From the NCBI GenBank assembly GCA_048013815.1, contig CM106586.1:16926001-16990000 (forward strand): a stretch of 64,000 nt of DNA, in the 5' to 3' direction. Positions 12,372 to 21,943 of this stretch are shown one piece after another. The position numbers and the translations under genes are program-made. Position 1 is the stretch's first letter. Every line of letters starts with the position of its first letter. The notes under the pieces are model-generated. The model saw only the letters and a program-made list of their open reading frames with translations. It ran no database searches and was not told the DNA's origin. Origin of the DNA: Setoptus koraiensis. Taxonomy: Eukaryota; Animalia; Arthropoda.

Positions 12372-13547
12372 TCCGACGACAACCGGAGATGGAGCGGCAC
12401 TTCTTGACGAGCCGTAGCCGCGATTGGGCAACCTGGCCGGCTGCTGCTGTTGCCGTCTGGCCGGCTCTGGCGCTGATTTGCCCAAGGCCGAGTTAACATC
12501 GTAAAATTGCGACGACTTTGAGCAGTCCACGGAGTGCCAATAATCGCAGGCTAGTATGGCCTGATTGAAAACGGTTCCAATACCGCACAGAAACGACTCA
12601 TGCCGCCCACTCCAGCACACATGATACGCCTGACATCCGGTTTCCTCGTCGGCGTAATAGCCAAAGTCGAAGTTTTTGTCGTTGCACGTGAACGAGGTCT
12701 TTGGAACCCGCGTGTAAGCGGGAAAATCTACGCCCGGCTTGCCCGCCACAGAGCCTGCGTTTCGGGCCGGTCGGGAGGGCGGATCATTTCGGGCGATTTC
12801 GGACGATTCCGAGCGATTTTGGGCGATTTTGGGCGATTTCGGACGATTTCGGACGATTTCGGACGATTTCGGACGATTCCGAGCGATTTCGGACGATTTC
12901 GGACGATTTCGCAAGTTTTCGGATGATTTCGGATGATTTCGGGCGATTTCGGACGATTTCGGGCAATTTCGGATGATTTCGGGTCATTTCGTGTCATTTC
13001 GGATGATTTCGGGTAATTCGAGATATTTGGGATATTTGAGCAAGTTTTCTGGTTAGCTGAGAATCAATCGATCGTGTGTGTCGAGCGTGCACCGTTACTC
13101 ACCGTATAGAGCGGGCTCTGAGTCGGCCTCCGCGTCCTGCTGACTCTGGCCAGAGTAGTTGTAATCCAGCGAGCTGTCATAATTGTCTTGCGATTGGCGT
13201 TGCTGCTGTTGCTGCTGTGGCGCCCTGGCCGAACCGGAACTTGCGTAACCGCTGCTCGGCTGAACGTTTTGTTGTGTTTGGGCAGGCGCAATTTGGGGCT
13301 GCTGCTGCTGCGATTGAACAATGTACGATTGCGCAACAGGCGCCGGAACTTGATTGGTGCTTGCTTGTGGCGAAGAGCCGGGCCTCTTGAGCTGCTGCAC
13401 CGGCTGCTGTCTGATGATGGAACTGTAGAGAGGTTGTCTCTGGCGCTGTTGCTGCTGTTGCGTCTGGGGTCCCTTGGTGTCTTGAGCGTGGGCCAGCGAG
13501 GCCACAAGTATGAGCGCGGCCAGCGGCCACAATGATTGTGCTAACAT
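8560..13547 (-). CDS. Secreted Gln-rich protein with one chitin-binding peritrophin-A (CBM14/ChtBD2) domain, CPAP1-type cuticle protein, 3 exons, ~631 aa
   Basis: Exons 13547-13103, 12754-12156 and 9411-8560. Donors GTGAGT and GTAATT with CAG acceptors match phases 1 and 0, and the total of 1896 nt is divisible by 3. Signal peptide MLAQSLWPLAALILVASLAHA. Six-Cys domain FTC..TGC..HVC..FLC..LAC..VDC preceded by GKPGVDFPAY. Confidence 0.88.
12781..13020. repeat. Intronic 10-bp minisatellite (consensus GGACGATTTC), 24 in-phase units
   Basis: The units stay in register with the 10-nt blocks for 240 nt without an indel, then decay to ~13050. Lies in intron 1 of the chitin-binding gene. Confidence 0.95.
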
Positions 13548-13697
13548 TTTTTGGGATATTTGGGCACCGATCTGGCAGTTTATCGTTTCTTTATTGATTG
13601 ATGATCACTATGACGCCTATCACTTTCTTTGTACTTTGTGCCTTTGCAGTGGCTTGTGGTGTGCACTTATCACTTGTTTCGCAATGGTCAATTGAGA

Positions 13698-13732
13698 ACT
13701 GTCGCCCAACTATATACTGTATACACTTTATA
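13698..13732 (-). promoter_or_regulatory. TATA + initiator core promoter of the chitin-binding protein gene
   Basis: TATAAAG at 13732-13726 and Inr-like ACAGTT with its A at 13700, 32 nt downstream. Implies a ~150 nt 5' UTR before the ATG at 13547. Confidence 0.55.
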
Positions 13733-16700
13733 ACTAATAGCTCATCGAGCCGTGCGTAGCTGCTGGCGGTGCGATATGGATGTGATATGCTCCATAAAAC
13801 TGAACGATGGCGACTGTTCCGGTTCCGTAACTAATAGACACTTGGCTGGTTTGACTTGTCGCGACTTCTCAATCAACTTTCAACACGAACGAGCGGCTCT
13901 TACCAATTATTTGTATATTGCACACTGTTGTCTTATGCTGCTAATATAGTAACTCTGTTTATATACTTTTATTTCGTCTCGTCGCTCTCCAAGTTACAGA
14001 CTAACGCAATAAATTTCGGGCTCGCGTGCGGCCAATTAGGCAGCAACAAGTGGATAGTATGTTGGCTTGTGCAAATTAAATTTCTATAGTGCCCGCTGAT
14101 CGCAATTGTTTGTGTCGGCCAATGTTGGGATATTCTTTTCAGCCTGTCTCTACAAAGAACATGACGGGATAACTTTCACTTTCTCTCTCTCTCTCTCTCT
14201 TTCTCTCTTTCGTTGTCTCCCTCTCTCCCCCTCTCCCCGGGCCACAACCGCGCGATCGATTGGCGGCTCTCGAGTGCCGGCCCGCCACATCCACAGTGCG
14301 CAATGCACCGTCATTGTTGCACACTCGTCCAGTTGATTTCGTCTGAGCAACCGCCCCGGCGTCCAGCCGACAGGTCCCGCCCAGAGCTCGCTCGGCGCTC
14401 GTTTAGCACCGCTCGCCGCATGACGGTCTCGGCAAGCGCGACCCGTTGTCCGGAGCGCCGGCGCCGTTGCCGTCTAGACACACGACGGCGCTGATTTGCA
14501 AGCGAAAGTGAAACCGATTCGTGCCGCTTCTTCGCTCGCCGGCCCGTCATTCTTCTGTGGCCGCTTCTCTCGCTGGCCCGTTATTTTTCTGTGGCCTCGC
14601 AGTGGCTGCTCGACGGGCAAACGGGCGGAGTCGGCCCCGGCCAACACTTGCCCCTCTTCGGGCTTGTTAACACACGGGCCGCAAGTGTTACATTGTGTGC
14701 AACAAGTGCGCGAATAACGGTCTAATTATCTCCGAAATAGGGGTAGTAGCAGGTGGTGCGAGGAGCATAATCGTCGTCTGTTTACGGAATTGTGCTCACA
14801 GAATCCAAACATCCATTTATCCGTCCGTTCGTCCATCCATAGGTTGCTGTCGTCGCCTTCAGCGGCCGCTTGCTACCGCCGGCCTGTTTGCATTCGAAGC
14901 GACCACTCGATTCGAGTGGCTCGAACCGGCGGCCGGCCCAGGCAATAAATTATGCCGCTTACCAAGTGAGACAAGTGAGCAATTTTTGGCGATGACCTTT
15001 CGCGTTTTGTATCGCGCGTCTGGCCGGCTCGGCGAGCTTTTCACAAATTGACTGAGTGATTTCATCATCGCTTTTCATTCTCTCCACACCGACCAAAGAC
15101 AATCAAATGTCATGTTGTTGTTGTCCGCTTGCTGCCGCCGCCGCCGCTGCTCATAATCGATACAAACCAATCAATTTGCGAACGCACAAGATCATTGACC
15201 ACTGCCACCTGTAACTGACCAGTGGGCATGTAAACAAAGCGCGATCATTGGTCAACTTTTCGGTCCTTTTTTTCAGTTTTACGGAACGCAGTTTTTTTTG
15301 GGGGCGGCCACAGACACAATGTGTGCATTTGAATATCACTGCCAAATGAAGCCATTGAAGGCAACGTTTGTTTTCAAATGGTAATAATGGCCAGATAATT
15401 GCTGGCTCTTCTTCGTCTGTTTCTTTTTCTGCTGCTTGTAGCAACAAGAATGTCGTTGTTGTTCGCGTCGACAATTGGCACCAGCCTATGGCCGCAATTG
15501 CCCATTGCCGGGAGTTTGTTCGAGCCGACGATAAACACGGCACGATTGTCAGATCAGAAATCGATCATGCATTTGCTGCAAGCCAGTCATATTGCTACAC
15601 TGGCTGTGTGTGTAAACACATATAATAATAATATAATCGCACCATGATGATCTCGCTTGACAAGATGATCTTGGCAACGACAGCCATGCTGCCAAGATCA
15701 TCGACGCCAAATAATGGGATGATTGGGCGCCTCTACACTGTTGACTTTTGGGCAAATGTTTGTCAATTGATGCCCTTTTGGCCATCAATCAATTGGTGTT
15801 GTGAGCGCCAGGTCGCAACGGATGCAGCGGCGCTCAATGTGCCGGCCGATGTGACACATTATATTATTGCCATGACAATCATATCGGTCGATGAAGGGCC
15901 AGAGACGCAATTTAAGCGCATGATTTGTTCACCGCAATTATGCGCAATCGTCATAAGCACCCGCAATTAAGCAAGCCAATAATTAATAATACGGCTTAAT
16001 TGCGCGTTTATCGCCTGTCGCCTCACTATTACATTGAGTTCAACAACAACGGTCGTTGTTTTGGCCAATCACCACACCACCCATCATACAATTTTCAGTT
16101 TGTGTTATGCAAACAATAGGTGCAACTAGACGCAATCACTTCGGGCGGCTCACAAGGGTCGCCGTTGCAACCAAAGTCAACCAAAGCAACAAAAAACAGA
16201 TCGACACTTGTTGGCTCTGCTCGACCAGTATTACTGGTCCAGCAATGAGCGCCAGCCGACCAAGAGATATCGCACGATGATAACAAAATGTAAATACATA
16301 ATATAGTATAGATAAAGTATAATAAAATATAGATTGTTTCGCATTGCGTAACTTTGCTTCCGCGGTTGTTGTCATAATCACCGGTGGTGCAATTAATACC
16401 ACCACTGGGGCTTGGTTGCAGCTGCTTCATCATCAGCGCTTCTCGTGCTGGATTGGACACCCATGAACTGAGCGCCAAAACAACAACCAACGACACGATG
16501 CAACAAACACTGAATTTGCATAATTTCCAGACATGTCTCTGAGGCCGTCATAACACCTCCTAATGTGCGCATATCAGGCAAACTATTTGTGCCCATTATT
16601 TACAATAATCTCAATCACACTGTTGTATCAACACTGATTGTTTGCAGACACAAAACAACTTGTTGCCTTGCATAACAACTGAGGTGCAGCTTGATTGAAA

Positions 16701-17249
16701 TTCTTGCCAATTCTTGCACCCATTGCATTAATTACTTTCAAATCTGATCAATATTCATTCGTCGTGTTCAATTTGTTTGCCTGCAGTGCAGTTTATTGTA
16801 ATAAATGACCACAATCATCCCCGATATTAGTCGATGCATGATGCCATGTTCAGCATTCTATTGTTGGCGTCGTGACAGATACAGAAAATACTCGCACACA
16901 AATCATGAGTCTGATGGGGGAATGATCAATAAATAAGGTGATTAAGCATACTGATCCATATTCTAAAGACTTATTACTATGCCATTTTAGGGCAACACAA
17001 CGACGGTTAAAAGGGACAGAGGGTTTGATTGATTGACAATTGTTTGTACAATGTCTGGACATCTATCTGATGACAATTACACTACTTGCGACCAATCAAC
17101 TAATAACACACACACAATCTAATTTTAATAGTTTGTCATTATTACAAGGCTTATTATAGTAGAGCCGGCAGCTCGATAGCTGTGCGGCGACATCGCAACG
17201 TTTAAACGCCACAGCCGCCCCAACTAGAGGTAACTCGCCTCGAGTCAGC

Positions 17250-17498
17250 TTACAATTGAAGATTCTGGTGAGGCCCCTTGCCCATTATTTTGGCTTTTAA
17301 AGTCTCGCCAGGTTGCAAGTTCTTCGGTATCACCACCAGGTTATTAATTGACTCGTGACGCAATCCCATCTTCCATTGCGTCTCGGTATCTTTAAGTGAT
17401 ACGGCTTCAAGATATACGACATCGTAGTCGGGCCCCAATTTCAATCGTTGTGCAATTTGCTGGATTACATCTTGGTTGTTGGTGCTACGATCGAGCAA
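17250..17498 (-). pseudogene. Orphan exon-like fragment, protein-like, family not recognised
   Basis: Open frame with globular-type composition (DVIQQIAQRLKLGPDYDVVYLE...). Ends at a GTAAGC donor (17253). Its 5' end abuts the inverted SUGP1 copy. No ATG. Confidence 0.35.
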
Positions 17499-17500
17499 GC

Positions 17501-17639
17501 AGTCTGACTGAGATGAACAAGTCAGGCATCATTTGGGCGATTATTTGACCCCACAAGAGCTAGAGAAATTCATGAAGATATGGGAATCTATACAGACCGG
17601 AAACATCTCTCAACTGAGTAGATCGGACTACGATGATTT
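17501..17639 (+). pseudogene. Inverted partial duplicate of the SUGP1 CDS (18428-18289)
   Basis: Manual alignment over 140 nt gives 13 substitutions and a 1-bp deletion (~90% identity). Covers the codons for SLTEMNK...SKSDYDDF. Confidence 0.93.
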
Positions 17640-17966
17640 ATCCATGAACTGTGCTACACCGTAGTGCGACCATGAATAATGTATTTTTTATTACAAAGTA
17701 GTACGCAGACGTGACAAATTGTATCAACAAATAGTATTTGAAATAAAACTCTTCTGAAGCAGTTTAAAATGCCTTTCTGATGCTCTCGGGAGCATCTCTA
17801 GTGATATCTCAGAGGGTCTGAATCTTTAGAAATTATATCGATTCATTGCAAAAAGTCAGGAAAAAACGGGGCTAGGTATAGACCCATTTTGCTCAGCTCC
17901 TCGAGCTGAGTCGATCTAGGCTAACGAAGACTCAACCTGAGTCTATCAGCTGAATAGGTTTCCTTG

Positions 17967-17986
17967 TGAGTAAATCGGACTACGAT
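17967..17986 (+). repeat. Perfect 20-nt inverted copy of SUGP1 CDS 18313-18294 within the SUGP1 3' UTR
   Basis: tgagtaaatcggactacgat at 17967-17986 is the exact reverse complement of atcgtagtccgatttactca at 18294-18313. Confidence 0.92.
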
Positions 17987-18017
17987 AGTGAATAACAAAA
18001 ATCACAAATATCTACAT

Positions 18018-19685
18018 TTAATAATAAGGTCTTCTAGGATTATTCAAAGGATTCGGTCTAAATCTATAAGCAAGCATCATTCTCTTCCTGTAGGCCTCGT
18101 AAATGTCATCGCCCTCATTCAACTCTGTTGGATCGCTTGAGCCCAATCCTGCTCCATTATAGTTAGAAGTAGCTTTTATGGGCTCTTTTATGGAAGTTTG
18201 AGCGGTCTCGCCAGCGCCCAGTCCCTGACCCTCTTTCCAGCCCAATTTTAACATCATTTTGTATCCTAAGTTATCACATTGTATCTTGAAATCATCGTAG
18301 TCCGATTTACTCAGTTGAGAGATGTTTCCGGTCTGTATGGATTCCCATTTCTTCATGAATTTCTCTAGCTCTTGTGGAGGCAGGTAATCGCCCAAATGGT
18401 GCTTGCCCTTGTTCATTTCGGTGAGACTTTGAGCCCAGTTCTTGGTTTTTTCCATCTCTTTTCTTCGTTTCTTATGCTCCCAAGTTCCTTCATTTGGATC
18501 GATTTCCTCGTCTGAATCATAAGCATACTTGTGCTTCTTATCTTTCCTCTTGTCGTCTTTATCTGTTTTTCCTGTAATCATTGATTTTTGAGGCTGGATG
18601 TCAAATCTTTGTTGGATAACCTCAAACAAAGCTTTCATTTTTCTCTGATCTTCTAATTGTTTCCATTGGTCAGTGGACAGATCTGTTGTGCCGAATACCT
18701 GTCTTGCATATTGACACAACGCGGCATCTTTACTGGCGTCTACTGTTCGCTCGCTAGACCAACGCATTTTGTCATAGCTCATGATTGTAGCATCATGTAA
18801 TGCCGAGCTTGATCCAGGAGCTGGTGGATCCAAACAAACCGTTTGTGATATAGACTGAGATGTTGCTTTTGTATTAGATTTAAATGACATATTTCGGGAG
18901 GACTCTTGACGGACCAGCCGTAGAGCATTATCTATCTCTTTCTCTATAGTTGAAGTTGATGGCTGACGGTGGCTAGCTGAGCTATTTGATGATGATATGT
19001 CACGCTTTTCTTTCTGTGAATCCGGTACCCTATAGCCGGATAATGGTTTTTGTTTGTGATCAGTTGTTGCATATTGCTTCGATGTTCCTTTAAGAAAATG
19101 GCCTATTGTAGAGATTGATGAGCTTTGTCTAGATTCACTCGTCAAGTCATGTGATTCGTACTTGATTTCTGTTGCATCCGTAGTGCTCTTCTCATCTGGA
19201 GCTTGGTAATTGTTAGGATCAGTTCTCACCCCGAATGAAGACTCTTGTTTCACTGCAGAGACATCGATTTTTTTACATTTTGATTCCTCCTTCTTCTTGT
19301 TGCTACTGTTTTGTAGTGATTTGAATTGTTCCAAAAAAGATCCGTCATTCTTGAATTTATTGATAACAGGTAAGCTTATCTTGATAGGTTTATGCGGTAA
19401 GGATCCAGTCGTAAGCTCCGATGGCCTCTCTACTGGCTCATTTTTTACTTTAATTTGACAAGTTTCTATTTGAGAGGCAGCAACGGTTTTGCTTGAAGAC
19501 GCTGGTGGATTTATATCAATAGAAATCTCAGATTTCACAGCGGTTTTCACAGACAAATCATTGCTTGCATTTTTAGTGTTCAGTCTTTCGAGAATCTCCA
19601 GCTTTTTCCGTGCAATAAGTTCCTCTTGTTTGGATAATTCTTCTTGTCGCTTGGCGCGTTCCTTTCTAATCCTATTCTTGTCCAT
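18018..19685 (-). CDS. SUGP1: SURP and G-patch domain-containing protein 1 (splicing factor 4)-like, single exon, 555 aa
   Basis: Motifs NKFKNDGSFLEQF, YDSDEE...GTWEH and KHHLGDYLPPQELEKFM, G-patch NLGYKMMLKLGWKEGQGLG, and the diagnostic end YRKRMMLAYRFRPNPLNNPRRPYY. Confidence 0.95.
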   Translation of the reverse strand: MDKNRIRKERAKRQEELSKQEELIARKKLEILERLNTKNASNDLSVKTAVKSEISIDINPPASSSKTVAASQIETCQIKVKNEPVERPSELTTGSLPHKPIKISLPVINKFKNDGSFLEQFKSLQNSSNKKKEESKCKKIDVSAVKQESSFGVRTDPNNYQAPDEKSTTDATEIKYESHDLTSESRQSSSISTIGHFLKGTSKQYATTDHKQKPLSGYRVPDSQKEKRDISSSNSSASHRQPSTSTIEKEIDNALRLVRQESSRNMSFKSNTKATSQSISQTVCLDPPAPGSSSALHDATIMSYDKMRWSSERTVDASKDAALCQYARQVFGTTDLSTDQWKQLEDQRKMKALFEVIQQRFDIQPQKSMITGKTDKDDKRKDKKHKYAYDSDEEIDPNEGTWEHKKRRKEMEKTKNWAQSLTEMNKGKHHLGDYLPPQELEKFMKKWESIQTGNISQLSKSDYDDFKIQCDNLGYKMMLKLGWKEGQGLGAGETAQTSIKEPIKATSNYNGAGLGSSDPTELNEGDDIYEAYRKRMMLAYRFRPNPLNNPRRPYY

Positions 19686-20078
19686 CTCCTATCAATTTAT
19701 AAATACAATTTTTATATTTGTGACCATTTTTTGACTCAACCTGACCTCTGATATCTGCTCATAATATATGGCTAGTTCGTTGTTTATATCAGTATAACAA
19801 ATGACATGATAGGCGATATTGGGAAGAACTCGTTGCTACTAAAGATTTTCGTCAACAAACAATAAGCTAAACATTGATATAGAGATGAGGACAAAATGTT
19901 GACAAATAGCTATTAACATCCAATGACAAAAAAAAATGACCAGATTGGGATTGTTGCTAATTTCAATTCTTGCGCCAAATAAAGAACACGCGCTGCAATT
20001 CAAAATTCCGCAATAAACAGAAATCATATTATCGAATTTGCCAGCATGATGTTGATACTTTAAAGTCGCATTGGAATC
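19686..20078. promoter_or_regulatory. Putative bidirectional promoter between SUGP1 and EAPP
   Basis: 393 nt separate the two divergent start codons. No core element was identified. Confidence 0.5.
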
Positions 20079-21137
20079 ATGTCGAGAAAGCTTTATCTGG
20101 ATACTGTCTTCAATAAGACGAACAAAAAAGAGCTATGCAATGACGACGAGGACCCTGATGACATCATCACAGCTTTGGAAAGCGACGAGGAATACGAGCG
20201 AGAGGATATCGAAACTGTTGACGACGCCATACTGAATAGAATATTTGATGTTAAACAAGCCGAGACGAGGACAATCATAGAGAAATGTCGGAACCAGGAC
20301 TTAGATGAAATAATAAGTGTAAAAAGGATGAGAGCAGATGCAACTGGAAAAGCAGACGAGGAGGAGGAGGAGGATGATAACTATGGTGGAAACAACGCTG
20401 GCGAGCATGACGACTTTGAGATGATGATGCTTAGAGAGCGTGATGATCAAGTCCAATCCAAGAATTGTATCTACGAGACCAATATACCTGAGGCAAAAGA
20501 TCTAGATTTATTCTACAGCAATAGTATAGAGGATTGCGATTCTGGCAATACTCGTGATAAGGAAGAAATCAACAATAGATCCCTAACATGGGATAATATC
20601 CACGAGAATCTAGGCATAAAAGCTACTTCTCAATCTCAGAGCGATGCTGCCTTCCAAAACAATATTCAATACGGCTCGGTACTTGAACGAGAAGTTGACC
20701 AACTAATCACTGAAACAAGTAGTAAATCTGATGCAATATTGGATTGTCCAAGCTGTATGACTAGAGTAACACATAATTGTCAACGACATGAAACATTTAA
20801 GAATCATTACAGAGCCATGTTCGTTGACAATTGTCAAGTGGACTTTACTCAAGAGGTAATTGTAAAACCAACAAAATCGTCGAGACGTCAGATGCATCAT
20901 ATTAGAAGGCAAGCCAATCCTATCGAAAGAAATTTAGAAGCAATATCTACCGCGCCAATGGACTGCGATTATATGACAGAGGATTCAAACTCGAAGCATT
21001 CTAGTTTACCTAGTATTGACCCTGATGGTAGGTCCATATTTTTCAGGGTGCGATGTGCGAAATGCTCAACTTTGATTGGAATGTTGGACCGAGACGAAGT
21101 TTATCATTTTTATAATGTTCTAGCTAGTCACAGATAA
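20079..21137 (+). CDS. EAPP: E2F-associated phosphoprotein, single exon, 352 aa
   Basis: Acidic N-terminus. C-terminal zinc-binding Eapp_C motifs SDAILDCPSCMT..CQRHE..YRAMFV.NC and VRCAKCSTLIGMLDRDEVYHFYNVLASH. Confidence 0.92.
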   Translation: MSRKLYLDTVFNKTNKKELCNDDEDPDDIITALESDEEYEREDIETVDDAILNRIFDVKQAETRTIIEKCRNQDLDEIISVKRMRADATGKADEEEEEDDNYGGNNAGEHDDFEMMMLRERDDQVQSKNCIYETNIPEAKDLDLFYSNSIEDCDSGNTRDKEEINNRSLTWDNIHENLGIKATSQSQSDAAFQNNIQYGSVLEREVDQLITETSSKSDAILDCPSCMTRVTHNCQRHETFKNHYRAMFVDNCQVDFTQEVIVKPTKSSRRQMHHIRRQANPIERNLEAISTAPMDCDYMTEDSNSKHSSLPSIDPDGRSIFFRVRCAKCSTLIGMLDRDEVYHFYNVLASHR

Positions 21138-21943
21138 CACAGTCCGCAATGCGATGATACCGTTCAAAATAACGACGAGACAGCTGTCTAAGCTGGGGAT
21201 GATGGAGCCATCTATTTCGTCGTCAAATCTCTTGTTCTCCCGCCGAGACTAAGCATTGAATACGCGCAGCTAACCTCTAAGCAAACATGCACTCAGAATC
21301 GATTGTTTGAGAAGATCCGTTGAGAGACTTCCTTACCCTGCTTTCTTATTCCCGATAAACCTGATCATTCGCAGCAATAAACAATTGAGATTCGAAAACT
21401 GGCGATAAGAAGATGTGGACGCGGACAACTCCTCTAGTGTGATTATGCTTCGATGGAAATTTCCACGACTTCTTTTGGTTCAAGTTCCATCTCATAGGGA
21501 GAATCAATGTCAACCTCTAACTGCGACCGAATGCTCGATATGATGATAGTGAACAATGATGTAATCCCTTTGAGCATAAAAGGTAGATCGTGATTGATCC
21601 AGATTAGATTATTGCAGGAGTTATTGTATCATATATATGTTTGATGAATGTAATATAGTAATCCCCAATACTTTGATGTTTATTTCGTGTATGTTGTTGT
21701 TTAAAGTTTTATTATCTAATATGAAAAAGTTCTCATTGTAACTCTAGCAGAACTGATCTATTAATTCATTGATCGAGCACACTAATAAATCAATAGCATA
21801 TATACAAACATGATGCTGTAATACTTTCATACGATCATTCAAGGGGTTCAACGACAAACCTGAAAATGAAATTTGTTACTTTTGCTCCCTCGATACTTTA
21901 TTGACATTTATGAATAAAGCGACCAATTAGAATCGTTTTCATC

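Noticed and set aside
12701-12997. ORFs with EIVRNRPKSS / RFRTISDDFG repeats
   Set aside because: These are translations of the intronic decamer satellite. A phase-matched acceptor at 12755 excludes them from the gene.
12781-13020. Possible CRISPR-like array
   Set aside because: Contiguous 10-bp units with no unique spacers, no cas genes, and a eukaryotic intron context.
17892-17919. Hairpin followed by CTAG as a Helitron 3' end
   Set aside because: CTAG is followed by G, not the T of an AT target site. The spacing is short and no 5' TC end or Rep/helicase is evident.
21138-21640. Protein-like minus-strand fragments downstream of EAPP
   Set aside because: Short, in different frames, with no convincing splice chain or recognisable family.
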